A stretch of 20,000 nucleotides of DNA from an uncultured virus (IMG/VR IMGVR_UViG_3300036716_001108). Taxonomy: Duplodnaviria > Heunggongvirae > Uroviricota > Caudoviricetes. The stretch is taken from IMG/VR virus record IMGVR_UViG_3300036716_001108, one strand, 5' to 3'. The position numbers and the translations under genes are program-made. The notes under the pieces are model-generated. The model was not told where the DNA came from. It worked only from the letters and a program-made list of their open reading frames with translations, and searched no databases. Below are positions 1 through 8,338 of the stretch, piece after piece (the stretch's first letter is position 1; every line of letters starts with the position of its first letter).

Positions 1-351
1 TAAGGTATATTCTTGTTCAAAACCTACCCATTCATCAATATCATCTTCTATATCTATAATGGTTTCTTCTAACATTCTTCTTGTATTTGTTGGGTGTGGT
101 GTATCATCTACATTCCACACTTCACATAAAACTATTGAACCATTGTCGAAAGCTTCCAATGGATTTTTATAAACTCTTACTGGTTTCAACACACAATCAG
201 AATTATGTCCTTCTGCTTGATTTGTAGAACTACCATCGAATCCCCATATTGGAGCTTCTTCATTTTTACCGATTTCTTTTACTATTTTTGTCTTACTTCT
301 AATCTGTGTTGGACTACTACCATCCAACCAAAGATATTCTAATTTATGCAT
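1..351 (-). CDS. glnII: Glutamine synthetase type II (GSII), N-terminal part; runs off the left edge
   Basis: Not in the ORF track. Manual translation from ATG at 351 gives MHKLEYLWLDGSSPTQIRSKTK...PIWGFDGSSTNQAEGHNSDCVLKPV...LCEV...PHPTNTR...WVGFEQEYTL. The EYxWLDG, RSKT, WxFDGSST.QA.G..SD and G.EQEY motifs are typical of GSII. A GGAG Shine-Dalgarno lies just upstream. Confidence 0.93.
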   Translation of the reverse strand, partial: MHKLEYLWLDGSSPTQIRSKTKIVKEIGKNEEAPIWGFDGSSTNQAEGHNSDCVLKPVRVYKNPLEAFDNGSIVLCEVWNVDDTPHPTNTRRMLEETIIDIEDDIDEWVGFEQEYTL

Positions 352-375
352 TTTAAGTTCTCCGAACTTAATAAA

Positions 376-426
376 GTGGGGAGCAAGATAACTTAGTTAA
401 GCTTACTTATCACCAAGCCCCCCAAA
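376..426 (-). terminator. Hairpin / possible intrinsic terminator or processing site between the TonB receptor and glnII
   Basis: On the minus strand an outer GGGG...CCCC stem encloses an inner GATAA...TTATC stem and is followed by a short T run. Confidence 0.4.
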
Positions 427-435
427 CTCTACTTT

Positions 436-3243
436 TTAGAAATTAACACTTAACCCTAAGTTAAAGTATCTTGGTGTACCAAGAAATACTTCAGCATTAT
501 GTGCTGAGTGAGTTTTACTCCCATAGCTATTGTATTGACTATGATCTACTGCATCTTGTACATATGTTTCGTCTAATGCGTTAAACACATGAGCAAATAA
601 AGATATGTCATATCCACTAACTGGTAGTTGATATGAAGCATGTAAGTCCACCTTTGAATAAGATGGTGCTTCCCATACTTGTTCTCTGTCTGCATCTTCA
701 TCTGAACCATCGTATTCACGAGAATCAGGACTCCAATCACTATAGTTCTTATCATAAGAATTCCATAGTGCTGAAATTACTAATCCCTTTACAGGAAAAA
801 TGGTTGCACCAAGTGCATATGAAGTCTGTGGCATATCACCAACATTCAACCCGTCAAGGGCGTATTGATAATCTGTAGTGGTTAAACCAGTTACATTACC
901 GTTTTCATCATATTCATTTGATTGATACTTTCCATGAGCATCACCATCAAACTTCCAAGTACCAAGACTTACTGCTGCATCTAAACGAACCAATTTATGT
1001 AGTTGTGTAGAAGCTTCAATCTCAAGTCCTTGATGTTTTTGTTGAATACCTGTTAAGAAAATGACATCAGTATCACCTGAATCACCTTGTCCTGTGGTTA
1101 CTGCTTTAGTAAGGTTTCTGTCTTTCCAATCTGTATTGTAAACATTTGCCTTAACAGCAAATCTTTCAGATTCGAAATTGACACCAGCTTCTGAACTAAT
1201 GAAACTTTCATTATTTGGATCAGAAGCAACCGTACCATCAAAGTAAATCACATTATCCATGATAGGTGGTTTTTCAACATATCCAATGTTAGCAAAAAGA
1301 CTAACATTATCATCTATGTCGTACATTGCTCCACCTTTGAACTGAGCAGCATAGATAGCATCAGCTTCTATTACTTTATCAGCAACTGAAAAGTGGTCTT
1401 GGTAAGAATATTTAATACTTGATAATCCACCCATACCATATAGATTTAGATTATCTTTACTATAATTACCTTGTACAAATCCACCCAACCAATCAACGGT
1501 AGTTTCATTGTGATAAGCGATTATATCACCTAACCCAACTCTTTTACCATCTGGTGCGTTATCATCAGCAAAATCCAAATAATAATCTCCACCTAATAAA
1601 TCACGAACTTCTCGTGCGTGTTCTATACCTGCGGTTCTCCAATCAATACCTACTTGTAACTTAAACTCATCACTAATATCGTAATTAAGTTTAGAAATTA
1701 CACCATAAGTATTTTGACGATTGATACTATTACGAAGAATACCAACTGATTGATTATTATCAACACCATGTGTTCGTGTAAGAGCTTTCTTATCAACATA
1801 TACTACTGAATCATCTCCAGAATTATATGCTATAAGACTATTCCAATCACGAGTCCAGGGACCACGACCATAATAAAATTTATAGTCATCATCACCAAGA
1901 TTACCATCAGCATCAAATGTAGGAATCTTACCATAAGTTCCTGTTCCACCACCAGAACCACCTGACCAATAAAAGACTGAACTTAAACTTGTCTTATCAT
2001 CTATTGTCCAAAAATGATTTAGATTTACTAATGGTTTGTGAAAGTAGTTTTCTCTTTCGTTTAGATAATCACTTGCGTGTCTATCTTGTAGTCCACTATC
2101 AAAAAGTCCACCTACACCATACATATACCAGTATTGTTTACCTTTATATGATGGGTCAACTGGTGACCAGTTTTGATTAAACTTATGTCCTACATCTGCG
2201 AACTTACCATCTTCACCAAGTGCTTCAGTATCATATCCATCTACACTTGCAGCAAAATCAGCGTCATAAGCACCGATATTCTGTTTGTATAGATTTTGTC
2301 CATGTCGCTGTGGAGCACCGATTGCATATAATTCCAATCGATGGTCAGCATTTACTTGATAACTTGAACCAAAATAATATGCCCAAGCGTCTGTCCATGT
2401 CTTGTCAATGACACCATCACCTGTTTTACGAACTACAGTACCACTTAGGGCGAATTTATCACCAATAAGTCCTGAATTGTAATTCAATGTGGTTTTCAGA
2501 AAACCCCCTGCACCACCTTCCTGTTTAAACTTACCACCTTTTGAAGCGGAAGCAGGATTTGTGATTATGTTCATCGTACCACCAATTGAGGGGGCAGCCA
2601 AGTTAACGGCACTTAATCCACGCTGCATCTGGATAGATTGAGCTGCATCTGCAACTCCATCCCAGTTAGACCAATAGACCCAACCGTTTTCCATATCGTT
2701 TTGTGGAACTCCGTTTATCATTACTGCTACATTCCTCTGATTAAACCCGCGAACATTGATACGGGCATCACCCGCACCCCCACCTTGTTGCGTAGCATAT
2801 ACACTTGGTGTAGTATTTAAAGACATTGGTAAGTCTTGTGAACCAAGACGAAATTCAATTTCTTCTTTACTAACTGTAGTATAAGCAACAGGTGTTTTAT
2901 CATCAGCCCTTGAAGCTAAAACTTCAAGTGCAGACATCTCAAGTGCAGATATTAAAAGTGAGAAGTCTACGGTACTAGCCGTTCCCTCTACCACTTCAAC
3001 CTCTACTGTATGAGATGCATATCCAATTGAAGAAGCTTTAATTGTATAAGTTCCTGCCCCTAAATCAATAGAGTAAGCTCCATCTGCATCAGCAGATGTA
3101 CCTAAATCAGTTCCTTGTACTACAATATCAGCCCCAATCAATGGGTTCTTTTCTGTATCTGTAACTGTTCCGACTACCTGCCCATATAAGAACATTGGCA
3201 TCATCATTGTTAAAAATACAGATATTAGATTATTTTTTTTCAT
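436..3243 (-). CDS. TonB-dependent outer membrane receptor (signal peptide, carboxypeptidase-regulatory-like N-domain, plug, beta-barrel)
   Basis: It has an N-terminal signal peptide and a GTVTD...PLIGA.IVV.GT..G...D.DG.Y N-terminal extension. The plug motif is INVRGF....VAVMINGVP.ND. The protein ends PRYFNLGLSVNF, a terminal-Phe barrel signature. A GAGGAG SD is at 3251-3256. Confidence 0.95.
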   Translation of the reverse strand: MKKNNLISVFLTMMMPMFLYGQVVGTVTDTEKNPLIGADIVVQGTDLGTSADADGAYSIDLGAGTYTIKASSIGYASHTVEVEVVEGTASTVDFSLLISALEMSALEVLASRADDKTPVAYTTVSKEEIEFRLGSQDLPMSLNTTPSVYATQQGGGAGDARINVRGFNQRNVAVMINGVPQNDMENGWVYWSNWDGVADAAQSIQMQRGLSAVNLAAPSIGGTMNIITNPASASKGGKFKQEGGAGGFLKTTLNYNSGLIGDKFALSGTVVRKTGDGVIDKTWTDAWAYYFGSSYQVNADHRLELYAIGAPQRHGQNLYKQNIGAYDADFAASVDGYDTEALGEDGKFADVGHKFNQNWSPVDPSYKGKQYWYMYGVGGLFDSGLQDRHASDYLNERENYFHKPLVNLNHFWTIDDKTSLSSVFYWSGGSGGGTGTYGKIPTFDADGNLGDDDYKFYYGRGPWTRDWNSLIAYNSGDDSVVYVDKKALTRTHGVDNNQSVGILRNSINRQNTYGVISKLNYDISDEFKLQVGIDWRTAGIEHAREVRDLLGGDYYLDFADDNAPDGKRVGLGDIIAYHNETTVDWLGGFVQGNYSKDNLNLYGMGGLSSIKYSYQDHFSVADKVIEADAIYAAQFKGGAMYDIDDNVSLFANIGYVEKPPIMDNVIYFDGTVASDPNNESFISSEAGVNFESERFAVKANVYNTDWKDRNLTKAVTTGQGDSGDTDVIFLTGIQQKHQGLEIEASTQLHKLVRLDAAVSLGTWKFDGDAHGKYQSNEYDENGNVTGLTTTDYQYALDGLNVGDMPQTSYALGATIFPVKGLVISALWNSYDKNYSDWSPDSREYDGSDEDADREQVWEAPSYSKVDLHASYQLPVSGYDISLFAHVFNALDETYVQDAVDHSQYNSYGSKTHSAHNAEVFLGTPRYFNLGLSVNF

Positions 3244-3271
3244 TTATAATCTCCTCTGTTTGTTTGTTTGA

Positions 3272-3305
3272 GACGCATTTTTTCATAGGTGCGTCAACTG
3301 CCTAT
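3272..3305 (-). promoter_or_regulatory. Predicted H-type RNA pseudoknot in the TonB-receptor 5' leader
   Basis: Minus strand reads AUAGG-CAGUU-GACGCA-CCUAU-GAAAAAA-UGCGUC. S1 is AUAGG/CCUAU (5 bp), S2 is GACGCA/UGCGUC (6 bp), and loop 3 is A-rich. It is followed by (CAAA)n and the SD. Confidence 0.6.
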
Positions 3306-3321
3306 TCGGGTATGTGAAATC

Positions 3322-5331
3322 TTAGTTTGCATAATCTTGATCATCGTTATCTCCACTTAATGGTTGAATCTCGCATGAATCATTATTGCAAAATTTATCT
3401 ATTTCAGCCTCTTCATTTTTAATTACACCAAATGAAAGAGGTTTTAATTTTTTTAATTGTTTATTATAAGTTTTCTCATCTATTGCTTCATATGGCATTT
3501 GTTTGTAAGCTCCATAATCATGTCTTGGTAATAATGAAATTCCTTTTAATCTATATTGAAAATAATTCAATACATATGGTAGTTCTTCAGCTTCTGTTTC
3601 AGGATTGAATGTTGCCGTACAACTAACTTGGTTATCTGCCCAATGTCGTTGTAAGAATGCGGCTAAACTGAATTGTTCCCAAATCGAAAGTTCAGCCGCA
3701 GTTCTTATACCTTCACCAACATCTACTGGAACATCTACAACCATAGTTGTATTCTCCGAACCAAATGCTGGCTCTAACTTATAACCTGCTTTTTTCAATG
3801 GTTCTATTAATTCAGATTGATTTGATAATCTTACTCTCCGAATATAGAAACGACTTTCGGGATAATGTAATCCTGGAGTTGCTCCTGCTAATAATGAAAC
3901 CGTTCCACTTGGTTTTACACTTGTGGTTTTAATTGATTTTGGTATGGCGAACCAATCAGAATATAATTTATCCCATTCTTGTATAACATCATATCCATCT
4001 TCTAACCAAGTTTTTAATTTATCTAATCCATGATTAGTAATGAATTGTGCAACTCCACTAACACTACATCCAATTCTTCTATTTCTCAACATAACTCTAT
4101 TTGTATCACTCCAATGAGTTCTACCAAGTGTTACCGTTTTAGCATACAGATAAGCATATTTAAGTGTTCTTTGATAGTCCTCTAATGAGTCGTGATTGTT
4201 TGGAAATGTTTCTACTAAACAACATAACTCATAACTTTCTAATGATTGTTCTAAACAAGGATTTCCACCTGCAACTCTATGGTCTTTATTATCTCCACCA
4301 TTTTGCATACGAGAAAATTTCCTCATATTTTCTAACCAAGCTAAACCAGGTTCTCCATTATCTACGATTCGTTTTGAAACTTCTGTATAATCCATACCAA
4401 GTTCTGCAAATATACTATTGTTTGAAGTCCACCCATATTGTTCTCTGTCTGGATTAACTTTATAATTTTTTAAATCTAAATATTCATCATCATGGGGATC
4501 ACCGAACACAATCTCTGCTGTTCGTCTTACATTCCCTGCTACGACACATTTACCAATTAGGTTCATTATATCCACAATTGTAGTTACGGTAATTAGTTCT
4601 CCACTATTCTTTTCTAATACTTTTCTTATATCTTCGTGAACTTCTTCTAATGGGTCTGGACCACTTGAAACACCGCCAAATCCTTTGATTGGTTCTCCTA
4701 ATGCTCTAATCTTTGTATAATCAAACTCTACTGGGTGTGAACCATGAAAATAACTTTCTAATAATAACCTTAACGAATCTACCCAACCTTCTCTTGTGTC
4801 TGGAATCTGAAATATTGTTGAATCCCTATCTTTATCTATACCTTTAACAAGTATTTCACCAGCACCCTTACAGTCAAATCCAACACCAACACCTAACATA
4901 CTTGCATCCATTAGAAAACAGAATGGTTTTGAGTAATCTTCTTTAAGTGTTTTAGTAGATACGAATGCACAATTATTTAGAGCTGCATATAATTTCTTTT
5001 CTTCTGTGATTGCTGTTCCCATTGCCCATAAACCACGACCAGGTGGTAAAAATTTCATATTGAATATTCTATCATACATATCTTGTGCAGATTTCTGTGC
5101 TTGCCACGGATTCCAACCTAATTGATGAGAATTAATCCAATTCCATTGCATTGAATATGTTCCCTCTACAACTCTTTGGACGGTTTCCCACCATCTCTCA
5201 TTTTTTCCATTCTCTTTTATACGGGAATAGGTTCTCATATAAACCAACTCACCTAAGCCATTAAAACCAAAAGGCGGTTTCTTTCTTTTATACTTATTAA
5301 TAAAATTTTCTGATAACTTAAACTTTTCCAC
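3322..5331 (-). CDS. nrdJ: Class II (adenosylcobalamin-dependent) ribonucleotide reductase, monomeric RTPR type
   Basis: Motifs RTYSR..ERWWET, PPGRGLW, NNCAF, catalytic NPCLEQ..ELCCLVE and TTSVKPSGTVSLL are present, plus a C-terminal redox pair FCNNDSC. No intein is evident at 669 aa. Confidence 0.95.
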   Translation of the reverse strand: MEKFKLSENFINKYKRKKPPFGFNGLGELVYMRTYSRIKENGKNERWWETVQRVVEGTYSMQWNWINSHQLGWNPWQAQKSAQDMYDRIFNMKFLPPGRGLWAMGTAITEEKKLYAALNNCAFVSTKTLKEDYSKPFCFLMDASMLGVGVGFDCKGAGEILVKGIDKDRDSTIFQIPDTREGWVDSLRLLLESYFHGSHPVEFDYTKIRALGEPIKGFGGVSSGPDPLEEVHEDIRKVLEKNSGELITVTTIVDIMNLIGKCVVAGNVRRTAEIVFGDPHDDEYLDLKNYKVNPDREQYGWTSNNSIFAELGMDYTEVSKRIVDNGEPGLAWLENMRKFSRMQNGGDNKDHRVAGGNPCLEQSLESYELCCLVETFPNNHDSLEDYQRTLKYAYLYAKTVTLGRTHWSDTNRVMLRNRRIGCSVSGVAQFITNHGLDKLKTWLEDGYDVIQEWDKLYSDWFAIPKSIKTTSVKPSGTVSLLAGATPGLHYPESRFYIRRVRLSNQSELIEPLKKAGYKLEPAFGSENTTMVVDVPVDVGEGIRTAAELSIWEQFSLAAFLQRHWADNQVSCTATFNPETEAEELPYVLNYFQYRLKGISLLPRHDYGAYKQMPYEAIDEKTYNKQLKKLKPLSFGVIKNEEAEIDKFCNNDSCEIQPLSGDNDDQDYAN

Positions 5332-5384
5332 TACAACTCCTATTTCTACCTGTTAACAACTCGTTTATCTACTTCCTAATATAC

Positions 5385-5396
5385 CTATAATATATA
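5385..5396 (-). promoter_or_regulatory. Putative phage promoter motif TATATATTATAG upstream of nrdJ
   Basis: It matches the TAYWTATTATWG motif also seen upstream of ssb and ncRNA-1. There is no TTGAC -35 at canonical spacing. Confidence 0.4.
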
Positions 5397-5460
5397 TAAT
5401 ATTTTAAACACTATATATACAGTTTTTTAGAAGTTTAAAAAACTTTTTCTTTGAAGTTTT

Positions 5461-5488
5461 AAAAAGTGAACACCAAGTGTGTACTTTT
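5461..5488 (-). terminator. Putative terminator hairpin after the helicase gene
   Basis: An imperfect inverted repeat AAAAGT..ACAC-CAA-GTGT..ACTTTT sits directly after the stop codon. A second inverted repeat is at 5421-5444. Confidence 0.45.
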
Positions 5489-6849
5489 TATTCAAATCCT
5501 TCTCCGTCAAAATCTTTCTTCTTCTGTGCTAATGTTTTTCTAATATATTCATCAGCATTATTCATCTTTCCTTGTACTTCTTTACCACCCTGTGTATTAG
5601 TTTCATAGATTTGTATGTAACCTGTATTAGTATTAATGGTTGCTGGAAATGTAATTCCATCTGGACCAAATCTATTTTTAATCACATGGAATCTACCTGT
5701 ATTTGCTATCTTATCTTCCACTTTTCTACTCATACTCATTACAAAATCTGCAGTCATAACCTTAGAGTAATCTTCTGATACTTTACTAGCATCAATTACA
5801 TCTTCTTCTAATGATGAACGATTTGCTTGTGAAGCTGTCCATATCGGTATATCAAACTCACCTGCCATACCTCTTAACTCTTCATATACATGCCCAATCT
5901 GATGTCTTTTTTCTGTGAAGTTAGATGTTGATTTCATAATATCAGCGTAATCCACAATAACCAAATCTGGTTTTATTCCTTGTAATTCACATTGTTGTAA
6001 ATGTGCAAATATTGTGTTTACACTTGCTGTTCTCGTTGGATAATATTTGATAATAAGATTTCCCTTTAACTTATCAATTGCTCTCTGTACATCATCCTTG
6101 TAGTACTGAAGATTTCCTGTAGGTTGTCCACTTATAATACAATCATATCGTAACCCAACATAAGCCGCATTTAACTCCAATGTATAATGAATTACCGTTA
6201 ATCCTTTTTTCATAGCATGTGTACCGATTGCCTGTAGTGTCCATGATTTACCAATCCCTGCTGGAGCAACTATCACTCCAAGTTCTCCACCACCTAAACC
6301 ACCATCCATTAAATCATTAACACTATCCCATGCAGTTGGTTGAGTATCTCTTGCTTGTTTTGTCATTCTTTCTTCAAACCCAGTAATGTATTCGTGTCCG
6401 ATATCTCTTTCCATACCAGCAGTCATTGCTTTATCTATAATTCCCTTTATATCGTCATATTGTTGAGTTTCCAATAATTCAACTGATTGCATGATTGCAT
6501 TTTTCATTATTTGGTTCTTACAAAACTCTAATGTTTTCTCTTTAACAAATTCTAAATCTGGGTCTTCTCTATGTTGCCAAGCACCTCTCAATGAATCTAC
6601 AATTGCTACCTTTAATACATCATTTTCTACATCATCAACCATTATTTTTATTGATTCCATCGTTGGTTGTGTTTTATATTTAACAAAATAATCCTTAATT
6701 GATTTAACTAAAAATTTATTTGAATCTGTATCAAAATAACTTACTTCAAGAATATCAATAATTTGTTTTACAAACTTTACATCAGTTAATAAACTTGAAA
6801 TAATTTTACTCTGAAAGGAAGTTCCGTATTTTATTAATGATTCACTCAT
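5488..6849 (-). CDS. Replicative DNA helicase, DnaB / T4 gp41-like (SF4)
   Basis: Walker A APAGIGKS, YTLEL, Walker B region IVDYAD, WTASQANR and IKNRFG are present. The likely start is ATG 6849, overlapping the upstream TGA (ATGA), rather than 6861. Confidence 0.93.
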   Translation of the reverse strand: MSESLIKYGTSFQSKIISSLLTDVKFVKQIIDILEVSYFDTDSNKFLVKSIKDYFVKYKTQPTMESIKIMVDDVENDVLKVAIVDSLRGAWQHREDPDLEFVKEKTLEFCKNQIMKNAIMQSVELLETQQYDDIKGIIDKAMTAGMERDIGHEYITGFEERMTKQARDTQPTAWDSVNDLMDGGLGGGELGVIVAPAGIGKSWTLQAIGTHAMKKGLTVIHYTLELNAAYVGLRYDCIISGQPTGNLQYYKDDVQRAIDKLKGNLIIKYYPTRTASVNTIFAHLQQCELQGIKPDLVIVDYADIMKSTSNFTEKRHQIGHVYEELRGMAGEFDIPIWTASQANRSSLEEDVIDASKVSEDYSKVMTADFVMSMSRKVEDKIANTGRFHVIKNRFGPDGITFPATINTNTGYIQIYETNTQGGKEVQGKMNNADEYIRKTLAQKKKDFDGEGFE

Positions 6850-7979
6850 GGTGTTGCCCATCCATCATCTCCGTATGGATTTGGAACATTACTCTCAATA
6901 TGTTTTTCCTTTTTGAATACAAAGATAGGTTCATACTTTGAACCTGAACCCTCACCTTCTCTGGCCATTGTTGATAAATTTAATTTAAGTGTGTTGATAT
7001 GACTATAACCTATTTTTTTTGCTATTTCTAAAGTACCATTTTCAATATTTTTCCCACTCGAAGTGTTCGCTATATTCAATAATAAATATCCATTATCTTT
7101 CGTAGAATCAAAAGTATTTTGTAAAGTTTGAAATAAAAATCCATCTATCCATTCTTGTTCTGTTGGAAATTTAATATAACTTTGAGTTGGTTCATCTGCA
7201 TACTTTTCAGTATTAAAATATGGTGGTGAAGTAAAACATAAATCTACTTTTTCTTTTGGTTTAAATACTTCACTACCAAGACAATGTAATTCTACTTCTT
7301 TACCAAGATAACTAAACTCTTCTTTAATCTTATTCAATCCCTCAAATGTTTTTGTTGAAGGTTCTGTACCAATATACTTTTTAATTCTTTTAGATGAAAG
7401 TGCACCTAATAGTCTTCCACCCCAACCACAACTCATATCCCAAACAACTCCATCTCCACCGTAAGTTTCATAAATGTATTTTGCAGCAGTAGGACGAAAG
7501 TTAGATACGGTTTGTGTTCCACCATATATCTTTATGTTCTGTCTGAATCTATTCTCTGTCCAATGTGGTTTATCACTATGATTGTAATGCCATTTAATTG
7601 TCTTCTTGATAACCTCTTTCAACTTGTCATCATTGTGGAAATTTTCCATTGGTGTGGTTTTTGCATTACCACAAGGAACTTCCCAAAATTGTGGAAAATA
7701 ACTCCAAGCCAACCTCAATCCATTCATTGTCTGAGTTATCTCATCACCATCAAGTATTTGTTCGTGTTTAAAATTCTGTAACTTTCTTATTTGTTCGTGT
7801 TTCTCTTCTTCACGAATTGTATAATGTGGGAATCCATTCTTTCTATAATACTTGAAGATAATCTCAACTGCATCTTCTATTTCTATTTTATCTAAACTAC
7901 TACATACCTTATGATAATCTAAAGATAACTTATCTTCATCAAGAAATTTACTCAATACACTATAGTCTACTGAACTCAT
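6846..7979 (-). CDS. DNA amino-methyltransferase (N4-cytosine/N6-adenine type), orphan
   Basis: The SAM-binding motif WDMSCGWGGRL is followed by the catalytic motif IV FTSPPYF. No adjacent restriction endonuclease is visible. Confidence 0.85.
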   Translation of the reverse strand: MSSVDYSVLSKFLDEDKLSLDYHKVCSSLDKIEIEDAVEIIFKYYRKNGFPHYTIREEEKHEQIRKLQNFKHEQILDGDEITQTMNGLRLAWSYFPQFWEVPCGNAKTTPMENFHNDDKLKEVIKKTIKWHYNHSDKPHWTENRFRQNIKIYGGTQTVSNFRPTAAKYIYETYGGDGVVWDMSCGWGGRLLGALSSKRIKKYIGTEPSTKTFEGLNKIKEEFSYLGKEVELHCLGSEVFKPKEKVDLCFTSPPYFNTEKYADEPTQSYIKFPTEQEWIDGFLFQTLQNTFDSTKDNGYLLLNIANTSSGKNIENGTLEIAKKIGYSHINTLKLNLSTMAREGEGSGSKYEPIFVFKKEKHIESNVPNPYGDDGWATP

Positions 7980-8161
7980 TCCAAGTTCTCATACATATCA
8001 TGTACCTTTTTATCATAAAATTCTTTTCTTTTCTTTTCACGATATCTTTCTCGAGCCTTTGATTTTATCGTATCTGAATTTCTTCTATAATGCTCCATTT
8101 GCCATCTCTTTTGAGCTTCTTTTTTTTCCTTTTTTGTTTTATATTTAATTTTTCTACCCAT
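7976..8161 (-). CDS. Small Lys/Arg-rich hypothetical protein, possibly nucleic-acid binding
   Basis: 61 aa and very basic. It overlaps the methyltransferase start (ATGA) and has a GGGGAG SD upstream. Confidence 0.7.
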   Translation of the reverse strand: MGRKIKYKTKKEKKEAQKRWQMEHYRRNSDTIKSKARERYREKKRKEFYDKKVHDMYENLE

Positions 8162-8164
8162 TTT

Positions 8165-8338
8165 TTAATACTCCCCTGATTGACAAGTGTAACAGGGGCA
8201 ATTCCCATACTTATCGGGATCACCTTTGTATTCATTTACATACTCTCTAAAAGTTTTTATATCTTGTGAACCACCATATTCATATAACCATTTACCATAT
8301 ATGTGTTCTAATTGTTTTTCTGTATAATCTTTATCCAT
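8165..8338 (-). CDS. Small hypothetical protein (57 aa) with a C-terminal CxCxxC motif
   Basis: Below the ORF-track cutoff. Manual translation gives MDKDYTEKQLEHIYGKWLYEYGGSQDIKTFREYVNEYKGDPDKYGNCPCYTCQSGEY*. It fills the gap exactly and its start overlaps the exonuclease stop. Confidence 0.7.
   Translation of the reverse strand: MDKDYTEKQLEHIYGKWLYEYGGSQDIKTFREYVNEYKGDPDKYGNCPCYTCQSGEY

Noticed and set aside
3244..3321. Cobalamin riboswitch upstream of the TonB receptor
   Set aside because: The gap is too short and no B12-box or core motifs are visible.
3244..3324. Stop-codon readthrough fusing nrdJ to the in-frame TonB receptor (78-nt gap with pseudoknot)
   Set aside because: The gap contains further in-frame stops (TGA and TAA), and the receptor has its own SD and signal peptide.
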